Source: SAR202 cluster bacterium Io17-Chloro-G2
Lineage (GTDB): Bacteria > Chloroflexota > Dehalococcoidia > Lucifugimonadales > UBA3495
Assembly: GCA_002816875.1 (NCBI GenBank)
Contig: MUCP01000016.1
Span: 125 to 64,124, forward strand
Reading direction: 5' to 3'
DNA: 64,000 nucleotides
Part shown: in pieces, positions 1 to 9,902 of the stretch
Position numbering within the stretch: position 1 is the first letter of the stretch
Layout of the letters: every line of letters starts with the position of its first letter
The notes under the pieces: model-generated
Database searches by the model: none
The model's input: only the letters and a program-made list of their open reading frames with translations
What the model was told of the DNA's origin: nothing
Program-made: the position numbers and the translations under genes

Positions 1-590
1 GCGATCAGGATGGCCGAGATCCCGTTTTCCGGTTCCAGCCCGGCATGGGCGGCGCGGCCTTTGATGTGAGCTGTGACCACGTTTTGCGAAGGCGCGGCTA
101 CTGTGATGCGGCTGGCCGGTCCCTCCCCATCGAAAACCACGCCTTCCTTGGCGCTCAACAGACTGAAGTCCAGGTGGTGCACGCCAACCAAGCCGCCTTC
201 TTCGTGGCGGGTGAATGCCACCTCCACGGGCCGGTGGGCGCCGCCCGATTCTTTGACCGAGGCCAATGCCTCCAGCACGATGGCCAGGCCGGCCTTGCAG
301 TCGCCGCCCAGAATGGTCGTGCCGTCGGAACGTAAGGTGTCTCCGTCCACGATCGGCTTGATGCCCCGGCCTGGGTCAACCGTGTCCATGTGGGCTGAAA
401 GCATCAACGGCTCGCCCTGCCCCGGTAATTTGGCGACGATGTTGTTGAAGGAATCGTGCTGCACCTGGCATCCCAGCGCCTGTAACCGGGAAGATAGACT
501 TTCGTCGATAGCATCTTCCTCACCCGAGGGACTGTCGATGCGGATAAGGTCCACCAGGGTGTTCAACAGCCTTTCTCTATTAGCCAACAT
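1..590 (-). CDS. M20-family metallopeptidase (PepT/tripeptidase-like); C-terminal part runs off the left edge
   Basis: Open minus-strand frame from ATG (cat at 588-590) with GGAGG just upstream. It translates MLANRERLLNTLVDLIRIDSPSGEE...SAHMDTV...GGDCKAG...FTRHEEGG. It is absent from the ORF track because it has no stop in the window. Confidence 0.7.
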   Translation of the reverse strand, partial: MLANRERLLNTLVDLIRIDSPSGEEDAIDESLSSRLQALGCQVQHDSFNNIVAKLPGQGEPLMLSAHMDTVDPGRGIKPIVDGDTLRSDGTTILGGDCKAGLAIVLEALASVKESGGAHRPVEVAFTRHEEGGLVGVHHLDFSLLSAKEGVVFDGEGPASRITVAAPSQNVVTAHIKGRAAHAGLEPENGISAILI

Positions 591-630
591 AGCCTCCGCT
601 AATCATTCGATTCGTGGGTTCGCCGTGGAT

Positions 631-1047
631 TCACGGCAACGCGGCCACCGCTTTGATCTCCACCAGGAATTCCTCCCGGACCAACCCGCTGATGATCAGC
701 AGGGTGTTGGGAGGGTAATCCTTGCCGGGAAATATGGTTGGGAATATCTCGGTGCGTGCATCCACAAAGGGTTGCACCGACGCTCTTCCCACCAGGTAGG
801 TGGTGAATTCAACCACGTTGGTGAATGACGCGCCCGCTGCGGTAAGGATGGCTGACAGGTTCTCGAACACTTGCCGTGTCTGGGCCTTCACGTCCCCCGT
901 GCCCACGGGATCGCCATTCTGGTCCACCGCCACCTGTCCTGCGATATATACCAGCTTCCCCGGGCTAACCGTCACGGAGTGGGAATAGGCGCCCAGCGGT
1001 TGGGTTACCGTGGAGGGGTTGAGGATCGTGCGTTCCAGGTCAGGCAT
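631..1047 (-). CDS. RidA/YjgF-family reactive-intermediate deaminase
   Basis: Motif ...AGQVAVDQNGDPVGTGDVKAQTRQVFENLSAIL...TTYL. Start chosen at the ATG with GGAGGA upstream; the ORF track extends to 1083. Confidence 0.8.
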   Translation of the reverse strand: MPDLERTILNPSTVTQPLGAYSHSVTVSPGKLVYIAGQVAVDQNGDPVGTGDVKAQTRQVFENLSAILTAAGASFTNVVEFTTYLVGRASVQPFVDARTEIFPTIFPGKDYPPNTLLIISGLVREEFLVEIKAVAALP

Positions 1048-1181
1048 GCGTTGGTCCTCCGTCCTGGTGTTGATGATTGGCATAACCGGTTTGTTTGATC
1101 TAGTGGTTGTTTCTGCCGGCCTTGAACCATTATACGGGAAGGGTGGCTTGGGAGAACTAGGGCAATGTTATACTCGCCATT

Positions 1182-1619
1182 ATGCCTGACGGAAGCGACA
1201 AAGCCATGGGCAGGCCCCAGGTAGGGGTGGGCGTGATATTCGTCCGGGAAGGCCGGGTGTTTTTGGCCAAGCGCCAGGGTTCCCACGGGGAAGATACTTG
1301 GGCCTCGGCCGGAGGCCACCTGGAAGCGGGGGAGACGTTGGAGGAGTGCGCCCGGCGGGAAGCTATGGAAGAACTGGGGGTCGAAGTCGGCGAACTTCGC
1401 TACCTTTGCCTCAGCAACATCATCGCCTATGATACCCATTACGTGGATATCGAATTTATTGGGGATATCGGCGGCCAGGAACCAAGACTAGCGGAGCCTG
1501 AAGGGTTTTCCCAGTCGGGATGGTTTCCCTTGGACGGCCTGCCGGAGCCCCTGTTCCAGGCCGTGTGGTACGCTCTGGACAGCCTGAAGACTGGCACGGA
1601 TTACTATCCGGGCAAATAA
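1182..1619 (+). CDS. NUDIX hydrolase
   Basis: Nudix box GGHLEAGETLEECARREAMEELGVEV. Confidence 0.85.
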   Translation: MPDGSDKAMGRPQVGVGVIFVREGRVFLAKRQGSHGEDTWASAGGHLEAGETLEECARREAMEELGVEVGELRYLCLSNIIAYDTHYVDIEFIGDIGGQEPRLAEPEGFSQSGWFPLDGLPEPLFQAVWYALDSLKTGTDYYPGK

Positions 1620-1706
1620 CGGCCGATTCGAACGGAACGGCTTCCGGTATCGGCGGGCTGGCTCATATCAGGCCGGGGCCCGCGCTTAAATTGTTGGAGG
1701 ATTGGC

Positions 1707-2378
1707 ATGGCGGACAAGAAAGGCCGGGGATTGTTAATGGTTTACACCGACGTTCCCCCGGAAGTGGAGGAGGAGTTCAACCGGTGGTACAACGAGGAGC
1801 ACATCCCCGAGCGGCTGGCCATCCCAGGGGTTCTCAATGCCGCCCGCTACGTCGCCCTTCAAGGCGGTCCCAAGCATCTGGCTTGCTACGAGCTAGCGGA
1901 GCCCGAGGCTTGGTCTTCCCCCGAATGGCAAAAATGGCTGACCGATCCAACGGAATGGTCCCGGCGGATGTCCCCCAGCGTGGTGGGCACCACATACATA
2001 CGCAATCTTTACCGGTTGATTTATCCTCAAGAAGTGGCGCCGGACACTGCCGGGGCTGAAATGGCGCCCCTCATGCTGGTGGGCCGTATGTCGGTGCCGC
2101 CGGAGATAGACGCCCAGTTCAACGAGGCATACAACAACGAAAGGCTGCCCGCGGCATACTCAGTCCCCGGCTACATCCGGGGGCGCAGGTTTGAAGCCAT
2201 CATGGGTGAGCCCAAGTACACGACGGTTCACGAGATGGAATCGGAGAAGGTGGCGGAGTCTCCCGAGTGGGCCGGCTGGAGCTCGGCTGTGACCCCAGCC
2301 TGGTCCCAGACGGTCAGGCCGCAAATGGTGCATACACAAGGCTCTCCCGGCATCTACAAGCGGGTTTTCCCGGCCTGA
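1707..2378 (+). CDS. Hypothetical protein made of two tandem ~100-aa repeats (possibly dimeric alpha/beta-barrel, EthD-like)
   Basis: Internal duplication: VPPEVEEEFNRWYNEEHIPERLAIPGVLNAARY versus VPPEIDAQFNEAYNNERLPAAYSVPGYIRGRRF. The family assignment is uncertain. Confidence 0.6.
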   Translation: MADKKGRGLLMVYTDVPPEVEEEFNRWYNEEHIPERLAIPGVLNAARYVALQGGPKHLACYELAEPEAWSSPEWQKWLTDPTEWSRRMSPSVVGTTYIRNLYRLIYPQEVAPDTAGAEMAPLMLVGRMSVPPEIDAQFNEAYNNERLPAAYSVPGYIRGRRFEAIMGEPKYTTVHEMESEKVAESPEWAGWSSAVTPAWSQTVRPQMVHTQGSPGIYKRVFPA

Positions 2379-2446
2379 TCCTTAACCAAAGTCTTCAACC
2401 AAAGCGTGACTTGCCAGCCCTTCCTGCCATACAGGGAGGGGTTTCT

Positions 2447-2654
2447 CCAGGGCAATCGCGTCTTAAGTGTGATTAGTTGGTGCTGCTTCGTCATTGCTGC
2501 GAAAGCCGCAGTCCAAGGGCGCCATTGTTCCCACGAGCAAATTTCGCAGATGAAAAAGGGTCTCTGGATTCCGGCCTGCGCCGGAATGACGGTTTGGGCC
2601 GGATGTGGGTGGCCTGCGTAATCCTACAGGCATGGGTTAAAACGCGATTGCCCT
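2447..2654 (+). mobile_element. MITE-like non-autonomous element, copy 1
   Basis: TIR (c)cagggcaatcgcgtcttaa / ttaaaacgcgattgccct. It is flanked by the 10-bp direct repeat aggggtttct (2437-2446 and 2655-2664) and is about 80% identical to 51679-51885. Confidence 0.8.
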
Positions 2655-2850
2655 AGGGGTTTCTATTTCGATGCGTCCGGGCAGGGAAGTGGGGCGCCGC
2701 GATTGGCAGGCATTACAGGCGTATTCCTAGTTTTGGAATTGCCGGAAAAGGGTGAAATGCTCTATGTAGGTGAAACCTGCCTGATTTTTGGCCCAAAAAC
2801 AGGACTAATTCGAAATTCGGACAAAATTTGTGCGTCGGACGGGCCTAAAT

Positions 2851-2860
2851 CTGGTATAAT
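2851..2860 (+). promoter_or_regulatory. Extended -10-like element (cTGgTATAAT) upstream of gyrB
   Basis: TGnTATAAT at 2852-2860 in an AT-richer spacer about 130 nt upstream of the gyrB ATG. No good -35 element. Confidence 0.3.
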
Positions 2861-2981
2861 AGACATAATGTTTCTAGGCATTGATCGGGCTCCCACCGGC
2901 ACACCCCGCGGCGAACTCCAACCACTGGCCTTCTGTTTCCGTTGAATTTTGGTTTCAGCCTCGGCGAAAACCATCATATAG

Positions 2982-4925
<1,944 letters not shown>

Positions 4926-5121
4926 GCTGTTTGCGTGGTTGGGTCTCCTGGGTTTTGGAGGATTTCCAACCGGATTCACAGCTGTAACCACTGGCGGCCG
5001 GCCCGCTTGGCAGGGCGCCAGCCTTCTGCATTGGCCTCGCAATGGTTTGGCCTGAGTCTCACCTCGCCCGGTTGTTGAGCCGTCCACAGCCCATTCCTCT
5101 GGTTGATGCCTAAGTGTGGCA

Positions 5122-5150
5122 TTGGAAAGTGATCCAGCTAGGTTTATAAT
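5122..5150 (+). promoter_or_regulatory. Sigma-70-type promoter candidate for rpsT
   Basis: TTGGAA (5122-5127), 17-nt spacer, TATAAT (5145-5150). Confidence 0.4.
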
Positions 5151-5268
5151 GTCGGGTACCCCGTTGTCCCCAGGGCGGCGGGATTGATTTGAGAGCTAGA
5201 CAACCAGTCCTATCGCGATTTTATTACGCCTGGACTGCGCCGTGTTAGACCATCCATGGAGGAACAAG

Positions 5269-5607
5269 TTGCCCGCAAGAAAGGCCGCGCGTCAATCCGT
5301 CAAGCGTTCGGGAAGAAACCGGAGCGCCCGCACATCGACCAGGACAACTCTGGCCAGAGCCCTTCAGACCATTGATGAGAGGGACGTGGCCCAGGCGGAA
5401 CCGGCGGTTTTATCGGCATTGAGCAGCCTTGACCGGGCAGTTCAAAAGGGCGTACTACACAAGAACAATGCTTCCCGCCGCAAATCCCGCCTGACCATCA
5501 AGCTCAACCGCCTCCGTGAGGCCGGACCCGATGCAGCCCCAGCCCAGGCGCCTGCCCGAGGCCGTCAGACCCGAGGCCGCGCCACCGGCGCCCGCCGCCG
5601 CTCTTAG
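5269..5607 (+). CDS. rpsT: 30S ribosomal protein S20 with an Arg/Ala-rich C-terminal extension
   Basis: ARKAARQSVKRSGRNRSARTS...LDRAVQKGVLHKNNASRRKSRL. The TTG start at 5269 is preceded by GGAGGA; the ORF track starts at GTG 5242. Confidence 0.85.
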   Translation: MPARKAARQSVKRSGRNRSARTSTRTTLARALQTIDERDVAQAEPAVLSALSSLDRAVQKGVLHKNNASRRKSRLTIKLNRLREAGPDAAPAQAPARGRQTRGRATGARRRS

Positions 5608-5732
5608 GAATCCCTCGGGCATAACTCCCTCAGCCACGGTCTTATGGCGTTCGCCCATAGGATCCTTTAAACCGTCCTTAAATGTGACAGGTCATCGTTG
5701 ACAGTGGCCGGGCCCTTTGCTAGCCTGCTACC

Positions 5733-5746
5733 AGAACACCTGTTTC
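5733..5746 (+). promoter_or_regulatory. Candidate LexA (SOS/Cheo-type) box
   Basis: aGAACacctGTTTc lies 14 nt upstream of the lexA start. It has one mismatch to GAAC-N4-GTTC. Confidence 0.4.
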
Positions 5747-5759
5747 ATAAAGGACTTTC

Positions 5760-6413
5760 ATGACATTGCAGAAACGGATGCCCTCCAGGCGTCAGAGAAT
5801 CCTGGCGTATATCCAGGAGTTCCTCACCGACAACGGCGTTCCTCCCACGGTCAGAGACATCCAAAAGGCGTGCGACATCAGTTCCACGTCGGTGGTCGAC
5901 TACAACCTGCGTATCCTGGACCGGGACGGTTACCTGAACCGCCGGCCGGAGATGGCCCGGGGGATAGAACTGTTGGACAAGGTTGGGCAACCCCTCTCCT
6001 CCGCTCCCAGGGTGCATATCGTCGGCAATATCGCCGCGGGCAGTCCCCTGCCCGCCTTCTCCACCGAAGAGGCCGGCTCCAGCGCCGAATTTGACACTGT
6101 GGAGGTCGCCACCGAACTGCAGCGGCGCCATGGCAAGCTTTATGGTTTGGCGGTTAAAGGCACATCGATGATCGACGCATTGATCGACGATGGCGACGTC
6201 GTGGTGATCAAACCAACGCAGCAGGCTGATCCGGGTGAGATGGTCGTGGCTTGGTTAAAAGATGAAGAAGAAGCGACCTTGAAGAAGTATTATCCAGAGG
6301 GTAAACGGGTGCGCCTGCAACCGGCCAATAGCCAGATGAAGCCTATTTATTGCGACGCCGCCAACTTGGAGATACGGGGCAAGGTCGTAGAGGTGATCCG
6401 CAAGTTCGCCTAA
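5760..6413 (+). CDS. lexA: LexA repressor (S24 peptidase)
   Basis: N-terminal wHTH (RRQRILAYIQEF...TVRDIQKA), cleavage region GNIAAGSP, Ser/Lys dyad context VKGTSM ... ATLKKYY. Confidence 0.93.
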   Translation: MTLQKRMPSRRQRILAYIQEFLTDNGVPPTVRDIQKACDISSTSVVDYNLRILDRDGYLNRRPEMARGIELLDKVGQPLSSAPRVHIVGNIAAGSPLPAFSTEEAGSSAEFDTVEVATELQRRHGKLYGLAVKGTSMIDALIDDGDVVVIKPTQQADPGEMVVAWLKDEEEATLKKYYPEGKRVRLQPANSQMKPIYCDAANLEIRGKVVEVIRKFA

Positions 6414-6430
6414 GCTTTCCAGTCACGCCC

Positions 6431-6802
6431 TTACCGGCGGCTGCTGGTCAACGCGCCATAGGTGGCTACCAGGAACGGTACGCAATAGGTAAGCGGGATC
6501 TTCCAGAACATGGCGTTGTTCCAGTGCCCTGCAATCAATATGTCGCCCTGGTTCAACAAGGTTAGCACCGTTCCGACCACCGCCGCCGCTATGCACGACC
6601 TTTTCACCATGGGCCCGTGCCGCAGGGCGCATGAGATGCACTTGATCAATTCCGCCGCCTGATCAGGTCCGCCGGGAACCGGTCTGGGCTTGAACGAATA
6701 ACTCAGGCGTTGGCCAATGATCCGCCCGCAGTTATCACAGCTTCTGTCCCCGGAGTTTACCCCGGAACGCACCTCAGTTCCGTCCTGAAGGGTTTGGGCC
6801 AT
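6431..6802 (-). CDS. NrtS-like small membrane protein with an N-terminal CxxC...CxxC zinc-ribbon extension
   Basis: The C-terminal half AAAVVGTVLTLLNQGD...LTYCVPFLVATYGAL resembles the nitrate/nitrite transporter NrtS family, from memory. The N-terminus has CDNCG...CISCA. Confidence 0.5.
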   Translation of the reverse strand: MAQTLQDGTEVRSGVNSGDRSCDNCGRIIGQRLSYSFKPRPVPGGPDQAAELIKCISCALRHGPMVKRSCIAAAVVGTVLTLLNQGDILIAGHWNNAMFWKIPLTYCVPFLVATYGALTSSRR

Positions 6803-7118
6803 TGACCGCCACTTCCTGTCTTTACCACTGGCCGTTTTTACGGATTCCGGCCGAATCGTTTCCTATTGCTGCCGGCCGGAGCCGATGAAACAGCCTGGCT
6901 GGCAAGCCGATGGCAAGCCGGCCAGCTTCCGGCGTATTCTAGTTTGGGCCCTATGGGGTGTCAATCGGCGGTCCTGTCAACCAACGGGCACGGGGAACGG
7001 AGCCAACAGACCGCCGGGCGCCTGCTCAAGTATTAGAGACACCGGTCCGCTGGTATAATCACATCCGGTTCCAGCGTAGCCCCGGGGGCCGGATGCCGGG
7101 CGCGGGCAAGAGGTTGAT

Positions 7119-7814
7119 ATGTACGATTTCCATACCCACACCTTTCTAAGCGATGGTGTTTTATCGCCCATCGAGCTCATCCGCCGGGCCCTTGTTGCCG
7201 GCTACCGCGCAATTGGGGTAACGGACCACGTGGGTGTGGGCAACTTGGAGTATGTGGTGAAGACCCTGGTGAAAGACTGCGCGGAAGCGTGCAAACGATG
7301 GGAGATCTTAGCCATCCCCGGAGTGGAGATCACCCATGTTCCCAAGGAGGACATTGACCTGGTGGCCAGGACGGCCAAAGAGTTGGGCGCCAAATTGGTG
7401 ACTGTCCATGGGGAGACGATCGTTGAGCCGGTGGAACCTGGCACCAACGAAGCTGCGGTGCGTTCTAAGGCGGTGGATGTGTTGGCTCATCCGGGCTTGA
7501 TCGTCTATGACGATGCCCGTTTGGCGTCGGAAAATGGAGTGTTTCTGGAGGTTTCGGCCCGAAAGGGCCACAGTTTCACCAACGGACACGTGGTGAGAAC
7601 GGCCAAAGCCGCAGGCGCTGCTACGGTCCTGGATTCCGATGCCCACGAGCCGGAAGACTTGTTGAATCCGGAACTCACGCGCAAAATAGCGAAAGGCTCG
7701 GGCCTCAGCGACGAAGAGGTCCACGCCCTTCTTGAGTTAAATCCACATTCCCTGTTGACCCGTTTGGGGTTTGGTGCGGGCTTGCCGTCTCCACCGGCCA
7801 AGGCTGCATCCTAA
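7119..7814 (+). CDS. PHP-domain metal-dependent phosphoesterase (histidinol-phosphatase-like)
   Basis: MYDFHTHTFLSDG ... GYRAIGVTDH ... VHGE ... DSDAH. Confidence 0.8.
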   Translation: MYDFHTHTFLSDGVLSPIELIRRALVAGYRAIGVTDHVGVGNLEYVVKTLVKDCAEACKRWEILAIPGVEITHVPKEDIDLVARTAKELGAKLVTVHGETIVEPVEPGTNEAAVRSKAVDVLAHPGLIVYDDARLASENGVFLEVSARKGHSFTNGHVVRTAKAAGAATVLDSDAHEPEDLLNPELTRKIAKGSGLSDEEVHALLELNPHSLLTRLGFGAGLPSPPAKAAS

Positions 7815-7843
7815 AACGGGCTGGTTAAACCTGCGGCGGGATT

Positions 7844-7984
7844 TTAGGACTTACCTATGCGAAATACCTTAGTGCCGCATACGGGGCATACCCCTTGGGT
7901 GGCAGGACGGCCGTTTTTCAATGTTACCTGCTGTGGATTCCGTATTTCCTGTTTACCGCGGCACTTGAAGCAATAGGCCTCCAT
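7844..7984 (-). CDS. Small zinc-ribbon protein (DUF5679-like), 46 aa; below the ORF-track cut-off
   Basis: Hand translation: MEAYCFKCRGKQEIRNPQQVTLKNGRPATQGVCPVCGTKVFRIGKS*. It has two CxxC pairs and matches a small-protein family recalled from Actinobacteria and Chloroflexi. Confidence 0.6.
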   Translation of the reverse strand: MEAYCFKCRGKQEIRNPQQVTLKNGRPATQGVCPVCGTKVFRIGKS

Positions 7985-8428
7985 AATCTGACCCCCCATT
8001 CAAATTTGGATATCTTATGCCTTTAACGGCATCCGAAATGTAATCTGGGACCGGTCAACAGCCACTCAAACGCCGGTCCAGCCGCTCCATTCTGGTTTCT
8101 GCTGTGTCGCCCGTTTCCTTTATAGTCAGAGGCGTATCGAGAACCTGCAAACTCTCAGATTGACATAAACCCCTCAAATATACAGGCACTACGTTTATTG
8201 TCAAGAAGCCAAGGAAGCCAATTACTGATTGGAGCGCCGCTGAATATGCACGTATGCCTAATACCAACGTTTCATTGATATTTAAGCATGTATGTTATCA
8301 ATACAGCTGTAAATAGGACTAACGTGAGCCAAATTTAGGCAGAGCCGGGCGTCATACATGCATCAAATACCTGGGAAGGAATGGGGAAGGCGTCTTAGAG
8401 GGACCAGCCCGGCGGGTTAGCCGGCGAG

Positions 8429-9400
8429 CTAGACCGAAGATATTGCCGGAGCGTAAGGAGAAGGAGACTCCAGATGGAAAACCTTGACTGGCTTCCAAGC
8501 CGAAGCGGCCCGGTCGAAGCGCACCAGGGCCAAAAACCGGCCGTCGGCGCTGTAGGCGCGGAATTCTTCAAGGTAACCTGCGTCCAGCAATGGGGTCCGC
8601 AAAGCGACGGGCTGCCCATTATTAAGATGTTTTTCCGCCGCCTGGTCCATGGAAGTGCTCTTGTGATCCCTTAAGATCCAGTCTGCGGGGAAAAGGAACT
8701 TCTCTAACCCCCCCGGCTCGCTTGACGCCTCTTCCAAGGTCTCAAGGGTGACCGCGTCCGTTACTTCAAATCCGCCGCAATAAGACCTTTCCAACGCCGA
8801 AACGTGGCCACCGCATCCTAAGACCTCCCCCATGTCGTGAGCCAGCGACCGCATGTAGACCCCGGGGCCGCTTTCAATCTCCAGCACAACCTTGGGCAGC
8901 GGCGATTCAACGATTCTGATGGCGAATATTTCCACGGGCCGTGCTTCCCGTTCCACTTCAATCCCGGCTCGCGCCAGCTTGTAAAGCCGCTGGCCATCCA
9001 CCTTGACGGCGCTGTACATGGGCGGCCTCTGCTTGATGGATCCCACAAAGCTCTGTGCCACCCGCTCCACCATCTCTGGGGTCAGGCCGGTGACATCGCC
9101 GGTCTTGACAACTTCACCCTCGGCGTCGTAGGTGCCGGTGGTCACGCCCAGTTCCACCTCCATGGCATAACGCTTCCGGCCGCCCACCACATATTCCATA
9201 AGACGGGTGGCTTGTCCGAAACAAATGGGCAAAACCCCCCGGGCCATGGGGTCTAAGGTGCCGCAATGCCCCACCTTTTGGCGGTGACCTGCCAGGCGTT
9301 TAACCCGGCGGACGGCTTCCATGGAGGTTATTCCCGCCGGTTTGTAGAGATTGAGGAAGCCGTTGATGGAGGAGGATGTCTGGCTGCCGGTCTTAGTCAC
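8429..9400 (-). CDS. truB: tRNA pseudouridine(55) synthase TruB
   Basis: GFLNLYKPAGITSMEAV and GHCGTLDPMARGVLPICFGQATR. It sits in the conserved position after rbfA. Confidence 0.93.
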   Translation of the reverse strand: MTKTGSQTSSSINGFLNLYKPAGITSMEAVRRVKRLAGHRQKVGHCGTLDPMARGVLPICFGQATRLMEYVVGGRKRYAMEVELGVTTGTYDAEGEVVKTGDVTGLTPEMVERVAQSFVGSIKQRPPMYSAVKVDGQRLYKLARAGIEVEREARPVEIFAIRIVESPLPKVVLEIESGPGVYMRSLAHDMGEVLGCGGHVSALERSYCGGFEVTDAVTLETLEEASSEPGGLEKFLFPADWILRDHKSTSMDQAAEKHLNNGQPVALRTPLLDAGYLEEFRAYSADGRFLALVRFDRAASAWKPVKVFHLESPSPYAPAISSV

Positions 9401-9465
9401 GTGTCATCCGTTCCCAATGTCCTGGTGTCCCTTTCTTTTGGTGTCTATTGACGCCCAGGCCCAGG

Positions 9466-9831
9466 CTAGGTTAAGGATTCGGCTTCGCCGCCTGTCCGGA
9501 TTTGGTCCAAGACTTGATACATATGGTCCGCCTCGTCCAAGGTGTTGTCCATGACGAAGCTTAAAAAAGGCACGTATCTCATGGCCAGCCGGTCCCGTAG
9601 CTCCCGGCGAAGGTAAGTCGCGGCCGATTGGATACCTTCCAGCGCGCTCTGCTTGGCGGTAGAATCGCCCATTACGCTTAGGAATACCCTGGCGTTGCGC
9701 AGGTCGTTGGTTGTCTTGACCTGGGTGATGCTTATCACGCCGTCCAGCCTGGGGTCCTTGATTTGACGGGCTAGCAACACGCTGATTTCCTGGCGTAAGA
9801 GCTCGTTGATGCGGTCTACGCGTCGGGGCAT
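9466..9831 (-). CDS. rbfA: Ribosome-binding factor A
   Basis: RVDRINELLRQEISVLL...KDPRL...VTITQVKTTNDLRNARVF; synteny infB-rbfA-truB. Confidence 0.93.
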   Translation of the reverse strand: MPRRVDRINELLRQEISVLLARQIKDPRLDGVISITQVKTTNDLRNARVFLSVMGDSTAKQSALEGIQSAATYLRRELRDRLAMRYVPFLSFVMDNTLDEADHMYQVLDQIRTGGEAESLT

Positions 9832-9902
9832 GGAGGGCTCCCCTGCTGCGAGTCGGGATAAAAGCCGGGCGTATTCAGGCGAGGAAACCGGCAGACAGGG
9901 TT

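Noticed and set aside
8055-8267. 70-aa minus-strand ORF in the AT-rich spacer.
   Set aside because: It has no RBS, no family resemblance and atypical composition. It is kept only as part of the spacer observation.
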